Assembly (NCBI GenBank): GCA_002104945.1
Contig: MCFH01000005.1
Coordinates: forward strand, 1,240,001 to 1,304,000
Source: Piromyces finnis finn
Taxonomy: Eukaryota; Fungi; Neocallimastigomycota
Direction: 5' to 3'
Length of the DNA: 64,000 nt
Shown: positions 41,301 through 54,852 of the stretch, one piece after another
How the letters are laid out: every line of letters begins with the position of its first letter
How positions within the stretch are numbered: the first letter of the stretch is position 1
Made by a program: the position numbers and the translations under genes
Notes under the pieces: model-generated
What the model saw: only the letters and a program-made list of their open reading frames with translations
What the model was told of the DNA's origin: nothing
Databases searched by the model: none

Positions 41301-41749
41301 CTCATGAGCTTAAATAAAAACAATTTAAATAACACAATAAAATAAAAATTATTTTAATTTATATGATAAAATAATTTTTTGCAATATACAATATAAAAAT
41401 TTTAATACTATATTTTAATAGTATGATATAACACTTTAAAATAAATACTATTATAACACGCCTGTTTAGTTTTTTTTTTTTTTGTTAGTTTTTTTTTTTT
41501 TATTTATTATATTATTTTTTTTTGTTTTTTTTTATGTACTTTTTAAATTAAAAAATATATAGCATATATAAAATTTAATTTATAAAATACAATTTTTTAT
41601 AGTTTTACATAGTTTTTGTTTTTAACGCATTTTTCGTTTTTCTGATCTAGTTTAAAAAATTTCTATTTTTAATTTTTAGTTTTATCAGAAGAATTTAAAT
41701 TAATTTTTCAAAAAATAAAATTGATCGTATTTTATTATCTCTAATTAAT

Positions 41750-43231
41750 TTAAAGTGGTGGGTTAGCGTTCTTAAGACCTTCTTCGAAGAAGGCTTGGAA
41801 CCATTGACCGGCTTCTGGAGCTGGCTTCATGGCGGTTCTGTGACCACAGTAACCATCGTAACGCTTAGCACTTTCATCAGAAGTACCATCAGATTCACCG
41901 TATGGCTTAACCCAGTAGAAAGCATCAAGGTAATCCATACCGGCAATTGGGTTGGCTTGTGGACGGGCACCAATACCAGATCCCATTTGGTTACACCATT
42001 CTCCTGGGTGGAAACGGTCGTTCTTAACACCATTACGAGAAGTATCTTCAATGAAGTAGACAGACTTGATACCAGCAGACTTGAAGTCCTTGTACATGGC
42101 TTCAATGTATCTCTTTTCATCTGGGCAAGAGTTCCATTCAGTGTCTGGACCACGAGAAAGTTCTGGGTCTTCCCATGGAGTGTAGTTAGCAACGTTGGAA
42201 GCGAAACCACGAACTTGACCTGGAGAACCAGAGGAAATAACCTTAGAGTAAACCTTACCGGCACCTAAACGGTTATCATCCCAACCTAACCAGAAAGCGT
42301 GACCAATATCAAGGTACATAGCAATGTGTGGAAGAATACCGAGCTTCTTAATTAAGTAAGCATGACCATCGTAGTAGTACTTTTCAGAAGCAGCACAAGC
42401 TGGAGTGGTAGAAATGTTGGTAACCATGTTAGCAAGGGAATCTGGTTCAATAATAAGAACAACTGGTTGAGAAATGTAAGTCTTTAACTTTTCTTCAATG
42501 ACGTCAATGTATTCACTCTTGTAACGAGCGGCATCAGCATCATTAGCAAGAAGTTCACCATTGGAAGCAAGAGCGTGACAATCACGACCTGGTAAATCGT
42601 AAACAACGAAGACAGTTAAAACGGTTTGACCAGTAGCGTTTTGTTCAGCAAGAGCAGACTTAAGGTTTCTTTCTAACCAGTTTTGCATGTTTTCAATGTT
42701 ATCTAACCAGATAGCGTTAGAGTATTCCTTCATCTTTTCAGCCTTAGCAATAAGAGAGGAGTCACTCATTTGAGCAATAGCAGCATCAACTTCAGCAGTG
42801 TAGTATGGGTTGATGAAGAACTTGTGACCCTTGAATGGGTTACCACTGTGAGTGTATTGGGAACCGATGCTTGGGTTGGAGTCATCGTAGCTAGTGTTAC
42901 CACCAGTAGATGGAGAGGAACCAGCAACAATACCACACCAGTCACCGTTTTCAACACCCCACTTACCATCGCTATCAGTGTAGACAGCTTGAGTAGTTGA
43001 AGTACAACAGTTGTAACCTAATGGCTTAGCCCAGCAAGAAGCGGAACTAGTAGCAGCTGGAATACCACACCAGTTACCGTTTTCAATACCCCACTTACCA
43101 TCGGCATCAGTGTATTCAACCTTAGCACTAGCAGAGGAACAACATGGGTAACCTAAACTTTGAGACCAGCAGGCAGCAGAAGCCTTAGCGGCAAGAGCAA
43201 CAGCAGCAGCAGTAGCAATAGAGGCCTTCAT
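41750..43231 (-). CDS. cel6A: Cellulosomal GH6 cellobiohydrolase with two N-terminal fungal dockerin (CBM10-like) domains
   Basis: Signal peptide, two CW(S/A)..LGY.CC...TD.DGKWGVENG.WCG dockerins, GH6 motifs VYDLPGRDC and IIEPDSLANMVTN, C-terminal APEAGQWFQ. Strong high-expression codon bias; intronless. Confidence 0.97.
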   Translation of the reverse strand: MKASIATAAAVALAAKASAACWSQSLGYPCCSSASAKVEYTDADGKWGIENGNWCGIPAATSSASCWAKPLGYNCCTSTTQAVYTDSDGKWGVENGDWCGIVAGSSPSTGGNTSYDDSNPSIGSQYTHSGNPFKGHKFFINPYYTAEVDAAIAQMSDSSLIAKAEKMKEYSNAIWLDNIENMQNWLERNLKSALAEQNATGQTVLTVFVVYDLPGRDCHALASNGELLANDADAARYKSEYIDVIEEKLKTYISQPVVLIIEPDSLANMVTNISTTPACAASEKYYYDGHAYLIKKLGILPHIAMYLDIGHAFWLGWDDNRLGAGKVYSKVISSGSPGQVRGFASNVANYTPWEDPELSRGPDTEWNSCPDEKRYIEAMYKDFKSAGIKSVYFIEDTSRNGVKNDRFHPGEWCNQMGSGIGARPQANPIAGMDYLDAFYWVKPYGESDGTSDESAKRYDGYCGHRTAMKPAPEAGQWFQAFFEEGLKNANPPL

Positions 43232-45011
43232 GATGATAATTGTTTTTTTTTTAAAAAAAATTAAAATTAATTAAAAATAATTTTTTAAAAGATTTTTTTT
43301 ATTAATTGAATGTTTTGTATTGTGACTTGCACAAATATTAATTTAATTTCTTCCAGAGAAAATTAAAATTAAAACTGAATTTTTAAAAGAGGCAGCTGAA
43401 ATTTTTTTCTTTTTATACTGAAAATTGATATTATTCCAAACGTGTCATTTTAATTTAATAAATTTTAAAATGTTTATTTTTAACCATTCATTAAGGTAAA
43501 TAATGTAGATCAATATCCTATTTTTAATACCTTAAAACTTTAATTATTAGTATTATTACTGATTGATGCATTTAACTTTTTAATTTTAAATTTATATTAA
43601 AATCTCAGGTGAAATAAACTTTAATTTTTATAATTTTATAGTAAAACAATAATATTAAAAATAAATAAAAAAAATGTTAATTAATAATAAGGTTAATAGC
43701 ATAATACTATAAAAAAAAATTAATTTTATTAATCAAAATAGAAAAAGTAAAAACTTTTAACAAAGCATGCCTTTACACCACACACACACAACTACACACC
43801 ACACACACACCACCTCAACAATAATAATAAAATTTAATAATTATAAATTAAAATTAAATTCTTTCAATTGGAATTGATGATTAAATAATTTATAAATAGA
43901 ACATATAGTAAAATTAAAAAATAAATAATAATAATACTAAAAATAAAATAAAATGAAAATAGTATATGGCATAATAGCATAATATATGACATTAACATAT
44001 ATCTACTTTTTTGAAAAAAAAAAGGATGAATTTAAATTACATTTGTATACTATTGTAAATACTAAAAATAAATACATTCAAAAAAGAGAAAAAATAATCA
44101 TTAAAAAACAAGGTAATATATAAAAAATAGAAATAATAATAATAAACATTAAAACAAATATATGCATTATACAAAATATATAACAATATTATTATTTTTA
44201 ATTATGGAAAAATAGGTAATAGTATTATATGTGTATTATATATTAGATTAATTATACTTTAATATGATAAATAATATTAATAATTTTATATACAAATTTT
44301 ATTTTTTAATTCAATAAAAAATATCATAAGTTTAACGTTTGTTGTTTTAAAACCAAACTTTATAGTGTCTATATGAAAATAAAAGTTTTTTTTTAATAAA
44401 TGTTATTTTTATTTATTTAAACCTTCACTAGTAAAAAAAAATAGTTTAAGATTGGTGTTGTAAAAAGGTATAACCATTACAAATATCAAAATTATTAGAT
44501 TACCTGAAGGAAGAGATTCTATTATGAATAATAATTTTAAATAATAAAATTATAAAAGTTTTTTTTTATTTAAGCTCTTATTTAAAAAAAAAAAAAAAAA
44601 AACTTTATAATTGTTTGATTAAATATTTTTTTAATTATTTAAATACTTTTAATTAAAAAAAAAAAAAAAATACATTTATAGTTGTTGTTGTTATTGTTTG
44701 ATTAAAGTTTAACTATTTAATTTTATTAATTAAAACTTTAACAAAATATTCTTATTAATTAATCATGTGATGATATTTTAAAATGGATATAAAGTCCGCT
44801 ACTAAACATTCACTTTTATAATACAAAAATTAGGAATAATATTATTTTATACATAATTACATTAATAATAAATTTATAAATATTTATAAATAATATAAAA
44901 AAAAAAAAGTCTTTGTATAGTTTAATAATTTATCTAAATTGAATAATGAATGAAATTTTGTATAGTTTATTTTTTATATCCTTTTGCTTTATTTTTTTAT
45001 TTTATATGAAT

Positions 45012-45135
45012 TATGAATCTATTATACAATTATTATTTTCTTTATTATTATGAATCTATTATACAATTATAATTTTCTTTATTATTATGAATCTATTATA
45101 CAATTATAATTTTCTTTATTATTATGAATCTATTA
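45012..45135. repeat. 37-bp tandem repeat, about 3.3 copies
   Basis: Unit TATGAATCTATTATACAATTATAATTTTCTTTATTAT starts at 45012, 45049, 45086 and 45123. Confidence 0.92.
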
Positions 45136-47009
45136 TTATGTAAAGAAAAGTTGAAAATGTTTAAATTTCTATTAAAAAAATAATAATCATTGATTAAAAA
45201 TGTTTACTATTAATCATATATATATAGATTTTGAAAAAACTATGCCTATCTTATCAAACTTTTCAATGACTCATATAGTTAATTTACTCGAATAAACTGT
45301 TAATTACAAATAACTCTTTTTTAAAGGCATTTAAAAAGCTACAAAGATTTATTTTATCACAAACATGAATTTACTATATACTTTTTCATATTCTAACCCT
45401 TATTATTGTTAAATTGTTATTATTTTTTTTAAAGGAAAATTTCATGAATTAAACTTATTACTTAGATAACTTAGAGGATAAATTTTTTTATTTTAAAGGG
45501 TTATACTATTTTTAATGTATACATTTTCCATTGTTACTATAGAAAAAATAATGTAGTGGTGCAGTAATTGAATATAAATATTTGATAATAAAAAAATATA
45601 TCTTATCAAAAAGAATTTAAATTATTGATGGCTAGAAATACTATATTGTTATTTAATACAAATAAACATATAATAATGTGAAATAAAATCACCTGATAAA
45701 GTCATTGATATAAGTTTCTTTTATGTTGTAGTAATTTAATATTAGTTTATTTATAATTTATTATATTAGGTGAAAAATATTTTATTACTATTAACTTCTC
45801 TCTTATTAATAATTTCACTTATAATATTTTCTTATTAATTATTAAAGCTCTTCTCTTTCTAATTATTAATTATTTTTACATGAATATTTTTATATTATAA
45901 AATTCCTATAATATAATTGAATATCAATTATATAATGTAATGTATTCATAATATATGAATAATAATTAAATAGGATATAGTATAATATATTTTACATTTT
46001 ATATGAAATATTACTATATAAGGAAAGGTAATGTAATACAAATAAGTATTACAATAAAATTAATACTAATATATAATATTAATATTTAAGAATATAATGA
46101 AATATGTACATGAATTCTATAACTAATATATAAATAATGTATTATAATATATATCAATTATTATATTATTATTATGAAATATTATATATAAATTTCTAAA
46201 GATGAAATTGAATATTTTAAATAATAAAAATTATTTTAAATATTGGCTAATATGTAGCTAGACATATTAATTTCATATCATCATTAATGATGATTAAAGG
46301 AATGATAAAATTGCCATTTAACTTTTTAAGGTTTATTCCTCCCCAAAACTTTAAAAATTGTTAATTTCTTTTTACAATATTTTAATGTATACAAAATTTT
46401 CTATTTTTATTAATAGAAATAGAGAAATACCTTTACTTTTATTAAAGCTTAATTATAGAAGTAATATTTTATTTATCCTAAAATTTAATTACAGATGTTG
46501 ATAAATAGTATACTTTTTCTCTTATCTACATAATGTATTTTTTTTAAATTAATGTAAATCCATATTTTTCATTACAATGTATTTATTGTAATTCATAATA
46601 TATTATTATATATTATAAATTAAAAATAATATTATCATATTTAATATTAATAATATATTTTACATATATTATTATCTATTTAATCTATTACATTTTATAC
46701 CTTAAAAATTTATATCTTTTATAGAATGTAACACAAATAGATCTTTTTAAAAAATTTTAATAATAAATTAAAAAATTATATTGACTTCATATATTAAGAA
46801 TAATAGTATAATTAAAAAAAAATAATAATATTTAATAATAATTATTAAACAAAAAAAAAAAAAATTGTAAAAAAGCACTTTTTTTTTTTTCTTCATTATA
46901 GATTTACAAAAAAAAAAAAAAGTTATTATTATTTCTCTTTAATAATAAATATTGATTATACACAAATTAATTATAAAGAAATAACTTTTTATAATTATAT
47001 ACCATTTTA

Positions 47010-47040
<31 letters not shown>

Positions 47041-47257
47041 GATAATAAAAATATTAAAAAGAAAATCAATTGAATAAAAAAAAAAAGAATTATTAAAATT
47101 TTAAAAATTTTAAATTCATTAATCATATCCATAACGATTCTTTACAAAATAAAAGAAATATAGCAAAAGAAATATTAAAAATTAATTAATATATATTTAT
47201 ACCTAACAAAAGAGAAAGGAATAATAACAATAAAAAAAAAAAAAAAAAAAAAAGAAA

Positions 47258-48838
47258 ATGACATCAATAGAATTAAAAAAATTAGAAGAAAATACTGAAG
47301 ATATTACTAGTGATGTAACTTACAATGACAATGTAAATAATGAAGGTGTTTTAGTAGAAATAAAAAATGATGAAGAAAAGAAATCTGAGTATGTTATTAA
47401 AAAAGTTGGTGGTGGTGGTCCAGAAGAACCAAAATTTGTTCCAATGCTCTTAACATTCATATCTGTTTTGTTTTTTACAGTTTTAAATGAATGTGTAGCA
47501 ACAGTTATGTATTCAGATCTTGTAAAAGAATTTGATAAAAAACTTACAACTATTCAATGGGTTACCACTGGATTTGTATTGGTATTAGCAATTGGTATGG
47601 TATATTCGTCTTTCATCGCAAAGCATTTATACATGCGTACTATTTTTTTCACTGCTGATATCTTGTTTGTTTTAGGTTCATTAATTTGTGTTGTTTCCAA
47701 TTCATTCATATTATTATTAATTGGACGTATTATTCAAGGATTTGGTACTGCCTTATTAATGCCACAAATTTCAAATGTAATTATTATTATGTCACCTAGA
47801 GACCGTATTGGTTTTTATAATGGTATTAGTATGTTAGTAATTATTACTGGTAGTGCCCTTGGTCCAACTATTTCTGGTTTAATTACAAAATTCTTAGGAT
47901 GGAGATACGTATTTGCTCTTTTAATCCCAATTCCATTAATTGGTGGTATTTTTGGTTATTGGACAATTGGAAATATTGTAGAACAGGAAGATACTAAATT
48001 AGATATTCTCTCTGTCATATTAGCTATTTTAGGTTATGGTGGTATTTCATTTGGTTTAGGTAATACTGGTGATTATGGTTTTGGCTCACCATTAGTTATT
48101 GTCACATTAATTGTTGGTGTACTATCATTAGCTGCCTTCTTTGTATGGGAAAACTTCTGCAAAAACCCATTAGTTTCATTAAAGAATTTAGGAAGACCAA
48201 TTTTCATTGTTAATGTATTAATGAGTAATATTATTAATTCTAATCTTGTGGGTTGGTTAGCTATTATTCCTTTCATCATTCAAAACTATTTAGGACAAAG
48301 CGTCTTTATTAGTGGTTTGGCTTTATTACCTGGTGGTGTATTAAATGCAACCTTAAATATCCTTGGAGGAAAGATTTACGATAAATCTTATTTCAAATAT
48401 GGTCCAGTTGGTATCACTTTAATATTCATTGCTAGTATTTTCTTATTTATCATGCATATTACAGATAATGTCAAATTATGGATAATCATGATTGGTTATG
48501 CTGTAGGTAACATTGGTATCCCTCTTGTAGCTAGTATGTACGGTACAGCTAGTTTAACTTGTGTTCCACCTCAATCTACTCCACATGCTGCTGCCATTTT
48601 CCACTCCTTCTATCAACTTTTCTGTGCATTATGTTCAGCTGTTTATGTTGCATTATTAAATAATTTCGATGATGTACCATTTAATGCTAGTAAGGATCCA
48701 TTAGTTAATGGTGGTTCTATTTGTTTCCTTTTAACCATTACTATTACTGGTATTGCATTAATTGTCGGTATTGTTTGGAGTGTAATATTCTTCAAGGATC
48801 ATGATTCTAAGGGAAATTTAAAAAATAAAAAAAAGTAA
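47258..48838 (+). CDS. MFS transporter, DHA2 (EmrB/QacA/LmrB-like) drug:H+ antiporter family; intronless
   Basis: About 14 hydrophobic segments; QWVTTGFVL, LLLIGRIIQGFG (motif B), G.ALGPTISG (antiporter motif C), LGWRYVF, SGLALLPG. Confidence 0.9.
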   Translation: MTSIELKKLEENTEDITSDVTYNDNVNNEGVLVEIKNDEEKKSEYVIKKVGGGGPEEPKFVPMLLTFISVLFFTVLNECVATVMYSDLVKEFDKKLTTIQWVTTGFVLVLAIGMVYSSFIAKHLYMRTIFFTADILFVLGSLICVVSNSFILLLIGRIIQGFGTALLMPQISNVIIIMSPRDRIGFYNGISMLVIITGSALGPTISGLITKFLGWRYVFALLIPIPLIGGIFGYWTIGNIVEQEDTKLDILSVILAILGYGGISFGLGNTGDYGFGSPLVIVTLIVGVLSLAAFFVWENFCKNPLVSLKNLGRPIFIVNVLMSNIINSNLVGWLAIIPFIIQNYLGQSVFISGLALLPGGVLNATLNILGGKIYDKSYFKYGPVGITLIFIASIFLFIMHITDNVKLWIIMIGYAVGNIGIPLVASMYGTASLTCVPPQSTPHAAAIFHSFYQLFCALCSAVYVALLNNFDDVPFNASKDPLVNGGSICFLLTITITGIALIVGIVWSVIFFKDHDSKGNLKNKKK

Positions 48839-51800
48839 GACTTTAGGGATTATTCGAAAAAAAAAAGAATGAATTTTAATACCATCCTATAATATACTAT
48901 TTTTTAATTAGAAGTTTTTTTCTTTTTTATCATTATCATAATTTAAAGATAATTTAATAATATTAGGAATATTTTTTTTTTTTTTTTTAATTCAAATATA
49001 TTTATTTTTTTAGAAAAGGGAGAGGAAGAAAAGCTTTAAAAAAAAAAAAAATAAATAAGGGTTAATTAATTATTAAGTATAAAAAAAAGTAAAAAAGATA
49101 TAAATGAAATTCATTTAGTTGTTATTATCGATAGATAAATCATTTATTTTATTCATCATAAGAAAAATAGAAATTACATTATTATTTATTAAAAAAACAT
49201 AAACGTAAAAATAAAAGTTTAAAAAAATTAACACAATATATATATTTATTTGTTTATTATCACTATTTTTTTTTTTTAATCCTTTTAATATTATATAATA
49301 TTAAAACATTTCTATATGTTTTTATATTTCCTACCTATTTTATTATAAAATTTAGTAAAGATATATATACCTTTTTTTTTTTTTTTTACCAATTTCAATT
49401 TTTTCCTTTTAAAATTCAAAAAAAAAAAAAAAAAAAAAAAAAAAACACTTTAAAACACTTATTATAATTATTATTAATTATTATTAAATAATAATTTCAA
49501 CACACAAAACGAAAATGAAAAACAATATTTTTTTAATAAATTTTATTAATATATATATATTTTTTAGTATTGACATAAATCAAAAAAGAGTACTGAATAT
49601 AACAATATTCTTGTTATTATAAACTTTTTATATTTTGAACAGATACTTAAATTGTTATTAAAATGTTCAATATTTATAAACATATTAAAGTTATATTATT
49701 TTTAATATAAACAATATTTATTTATTTATTTTTTTAATTATGAATTTACTTATGATTTATTTTGATATTTATGATGCCGTAATTATGAATTCGCTTAGTA
49801 TTTATTTGAGATTTATATATTTTTATTATAAAAACATATATAAATGTAATTTATTATAGAAGTAACCTTATTTATTCAAATGATAATAAATATAAATGAT
49901 ATGAAAATTTGAATAAAAGATGTACATCCTAGTTAGGAATATGAATATTTTTATTATTGTATATAACAAATAAAACATAATTTAAAACTTGATGGTTTTT
50001 TGTATAACCCTTTTTTTATTAAAGGTAAATATTTTTAAACCATAATTTAATCTTGTTATAAGCTATACCATCTTAAATAAAAGATATTCAATTTTCCTTA
50101 TGTATCGATATTGCATTATCTATTTGTCAATCCATAATGCAATGAACTTTTTTAAGACATTATGATACCTATAAAGAAAACAACTTTGATGTTCTTTTGT
50201 TATACCAGTAACGGCGTCAATATCACCTGGTAAAGGCGTATCCTCAGCGTTTCATCTTTGGAAACCGGGCTGCATTGTAGATTAAGTCATGTGATCATTT
50301 GTCTTCACTTTTATCACTTTCGTCAGAACGTTTTCTTTTGAATGCATAAATAGGGTTTTCAATGTCCTTACGCAGATATTGGGAACCCTAGCAACCGTAC
50401 ACATATATGATAATATATAAAAATACAAATTGTCCTATTATATTTTAACGGACTTATATATCTATATATATTATATATTAATCAATAAAACGAAAAATAG
50501 TGGATAAAATTCTTATGTAAAGATATATATGGTGTTGAACCGGAAGCCTTATAGAAATCATCTTAAAATTGCAATTGATTGTTTAAAAATAACCCTATTT
50601 TGTAAACTAATATTGACTTTAGTTGAATTCAGATTGATTTGAAAATATATTTGGTAGAGAGTTACACACTCCATTCGGACAATATCTTTTAAAATAATAT
50701 CGATTTTTCTACTTGTTCGTAAGGCATTGCAATCAAAGACTTTATTTTATGATAAATTAATTAAATTATATGGGTAATTACTATTTATTCCTCTGGAACC
50801 CTTTTATGATAAAGCAATTCTTAAATTTGTGGAATGTTCATTCATTTTACTTTTTTTTTTAATTAAGCTTGTCCTAACATCGCTTTTACCATAAGATTTT
50901 GATAATCTCATTTTTTTTTTTTAAAAAAAAAGCTTTTTATATATTTTCGAATATTCTAATTAGATTGGGCAATTATAAGTTTACCTATAATAATGATGTT
51001 GATATTGTTTGACTACGCAGATTCTAATACTTAGAGGAGAATTCGTCCAAAATTTGATGATTTTTAACACCTAAGGATTAAATTTACTTTAATCATATGA
51101 TTTACCTAACCCATTATTTCATAAAGTCACGTATTATAGTTATTATTAATAAAATAATTTTTTATTAATAATTAGAGTTTTACCAATATTTCATATTAAT
51201 TTTCTTAAAAAGAAATTATTAATTTGTGTTATAAAATATATTATATTAAATAGGATAACTAAGTTAAGGTAATAGCTAAATCTTTATTACCATTTCATAT
51301 AATAATACCAAGAGCATATTTTGTACATAGGCTTGAAATTACAAATACTTTTATAGTTTGAGTTTCTTTATCCTTTTCTCCCTAGCCTTTTTTATTCTTT
51401 TTACCAGTTATTCCATTTAATATCTTATTTTAAAGTTTTTCTTTCGTCTATTTTTTTTTATTGTGAAACATTTATCTAATAATTATAAACTTTAATTATA
51501 ATTAAATATATTAATTTCTTAAAAAATCTAAGAATGTGGTACAAAAACCCACAAATACACAAAACTGTTTTATACGCTTTATATTTGAAAATTTTGTTTA
51601 ATTTTCTATAAAAGTTCTAAAAGAAAAATTTTAAGTTACACACTATTCCATTATATACCAACATATAACATAGTATAACATTATATATGATAATATTATG
51701 TAACCAATAATTCTTGTATATATAGTCTGTCTAGATTATAACGTAAACTTTATATTTAAATAAAATAATTTATATAGATAGGGATAAAGAAATTTTTATA

Positions 51801-52045
51801 TAAAAGGTTTGAAATGGAATAAGCTATTCAAGTAAAAAACTCAAAAAGTATAAATTCAATAATTTATTTAATACTATATAGAATTAGTAGATGATATAAA
51901 TTACTATTTTTATTTATTGGATTATATTTTTAATTAAAAAAATAAAGGAATAATATAATAAAAAGCAAAGGATAAAAGATACAGAAAAAATAAAATAAAA
52001 AATACAAAAACAAAAACAAAAAAATAATAAAAATATATAAAGAAA

Positions 52046-53127
52046 ATGAGGTTATTAACTCTTTTAGAATTATTAATATTTTATATTCATACTATACACA
52101 TTGTGTCAAACTTGAAAACATACATTATAGTGGTGTAGTTAGATATAATCAAGAAGATTTATCAAAAGATAATATAATAGTTCATGAACCTAATCCATAT
52201 TGTTTCTACAACTACTCAAAGTTCCAGTAATGTCAAGACTATTCCTACAACTACTCAAAGTTCCAGCAATGCCAAGACAGTTTCCTCAACCACTAATATT
52301 AATATTACTACTGGAAAATCCATTCCAATAGTTAGTACTAAAACTCTTTCTAGTACCATCAAATGTAGTAAAGAAACTGGATCCACCATGGTTACTTCCT
52401 CTCTCAAAGTAAAACATTCAAAATCTACAATTTTATGTGAGGCAGAAGAAACCACTATTCCTATTTTATCAGTTGTCCTAGAAACTTATGAAGTTTGTAC
52501 CAAGAATTACGAAAAATGTGAACCACGTATAATTACTGGTAATTACGCCTATTCATTACTAACTTACACTAGAATTACTTGTCCAAACGTAAATTTCGAA
52601 GATACTGTCATTATTGTCGCTGGTTCCGATGATCTCTATACTCCTTTATCAACATTCGTTATGGGCAATGTTAATTTGAATGAAAAGACAACTGAATATA
52701 TCATCAAGGATAAAACTTTATATTGCTTTGAAAAAGCATATAAAGTTACTACAAAAGTTGTCAAGAGCAATACTTGTACCACCACTTATACTAATACCAT
52801 TACTACTAAGCAAAATACTTTAACAAGCAGTACCAAAATTATTCCAAGCATTACTACTACCAGTAAAGTTATCCCAACAGTAACTAGCACCACTAAAATT
52901 ATTTCAGATAATACCTGTGCTCCAAAAACAATTACATTAACCAAAAAGGAAACTATCACCATCACTGCTAATGCTTCCTCTACAAGTACCAATGATATAA
53001 TGATATAAATAAACAATGTGCTACTAAGTGGAGTCAATGTGGTGGTGAAAATTATCACGGCCCTTCTTATTGTCAATCTGGATTAACCTGTCATTATGTA
53101 AATCAATGGTATTCTCAATGCATGTAA
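52046..53127 (+). pseudogene. Frameshifted secreted Thr-rich protein with Cys-containing central domain and C-terminal CBM1
   Basis: ATG at 52046 starts a signal-peptide-like stretch. Frame changes occur at about 52090, about 52200 and 52991-53006. The last frame encodes the canonical CBM1 CATKWSQCGGENYHGPSYCQSGLTCHYVNQWYSQCM*. Confidence 0.8.
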
Positions 53128-53479
53128 TGTGTATAATGAATATAATTATTGGTTTTATATATATTTTTTTTTAAAAAAAATTTGAATTCTTTGGATAAAT
53201 TTAAATCCAAATTATTTAATAAACATGATTGTTTTTATATTATCAATGATAAATTGACAAATTTTAAATAAAATTTAAAAAGAGAATTTAATATTAAAAA
53301 TAAAAACATATAAAAAATTCAAAAAAAAAAAAAAAAAAAAAAAACTATATAAATATAAATAAAAAATTATAAAAAGAAATAGATCCGAAATAAAAATTAA
53401 ATTTAATTATAGTTTTATTATAATGTAATAATATAATTAAAATTAATTATAAATTGTATATTATTTAAAATTTTAATTT

Positions 53480-54852
53480 ATATAATTATAAATGCCAAAA
53501 ATATGGTAGTGTTAACTGATAAATTATTATTTATATTAATGTTAACAATAATGAATATAAAATAAAAAAAAAGGTTGAATAAATTAATATTAATTACAAA
53601 TAAAACATTTCCAGGAATGATAGAATCATTATCGTAAACTTGGAGATAATCATCGGTGGAAGGATAATTTTCAATAATATTCCAGAAAGCATAGTATAAC
53701 ATAGATTTCCAAACATTTCCTCCATCATAGTAGCTAACATCTGTATCTCTAATATATTTTAATTTGGAATATTTATCGTCGTTAGTGCATGAAGCAAAAC
53801 TCTCTATATTGTTAATGTGGTCAATTTGAACAAATATGTCTCTATTAATGTTTTTTTTTTATCAAATTGTAATGTGGCAGAAAAGAAATCAGAGTATCCT
53901 TCATCCAAAGCTGCAAAATCGGTAGAAGATGATACCATATTACAATCATAGTTTGGTCCACCCCTTAATCTTGCAGATACACCATGAGTGTATTCATGAA
54001 TCAAAACATGATTACTGACACCAGAACTAACCCAAAGACCATTGTTTAAATTAGAAACCTTTGGTAATATCATTATTGGTGGAATACCATCACGAGAAGT
54101 ACTGGTATATGGATAAATGTTTTCACATATGCCATCAATTTTTTTTTGTTCTTTGGTACATTCATTAATATTTGCATATGACCATGGCATCATTTTCCAT
54201 TCCACCTTTTCCGAAATTATTTTCTTGGAAATTTCCTTTCTTTTCATCAAATCCCAAATTGTAAAAAATGTCATGTAATATATTTCCAAATTAAAATATA
54301 GATGCTAAGACAATATCCTTATTAAATTCATCTTTACAATTTTTGGTATTATTTCAGTTAGTGCCATCAAATTCAAGTTTTTTTTCCACCATTGAATGAA
54401 TACTCTATAAGATTATATAAAAACATAAAAACAATTAAAAATATATTACTAAATGTTATTAAATATTATTAAAAATTATTATTATTAAATTGAATGAATA
54501 TATTGTATTATTTTATATTTATTAATCAATTTTATAAAATGGAAAGAAAATATATATATATATTGAATACATTACTTGAAACATAATCTTGAGCTCTAAT
54601 ATTATTTCCAAGAGTAACATATGAAGTAATATCATCGTTAAATTTATGCCATCCATTTGGAGAAAAAATTTTATTACTTGGATCTTCAAATTCTTGTAAT
54701 TCGTAACTTTTTAAAATTTGAAAATGGATAACTAATGTATTTCATATTTCCACGAAGTTCAAAGCCATTGATAGGTTTTTTGTTTTTAAAATCATAGCTA
54801 ATAACATTGTAGACTCCGTTGTAAAAAAAAGTAAATTCCCAAACGTTTATAC
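53480..54852 (-). pseudogene. Fungalysin (M36) metalloprotease pseudogene
   Basis: [56 protein letters not shown] (HEXXH), DEGYSDFF and GNVWKSMLY are present. In-frame stops lie at 54354-54356 and 54291-54293, with several frameshifts. Both ends are approximate. Confidence 0.88.

Noticed and set aside
41795-43000. Overlapping and antisense ORFs in cel6A (similar ones in RPS20, the Kre9-like gene, MFS, LRR and mmuM)
   Set aside because: Shadow ORFs expected from codon bias; no recognisable domains.
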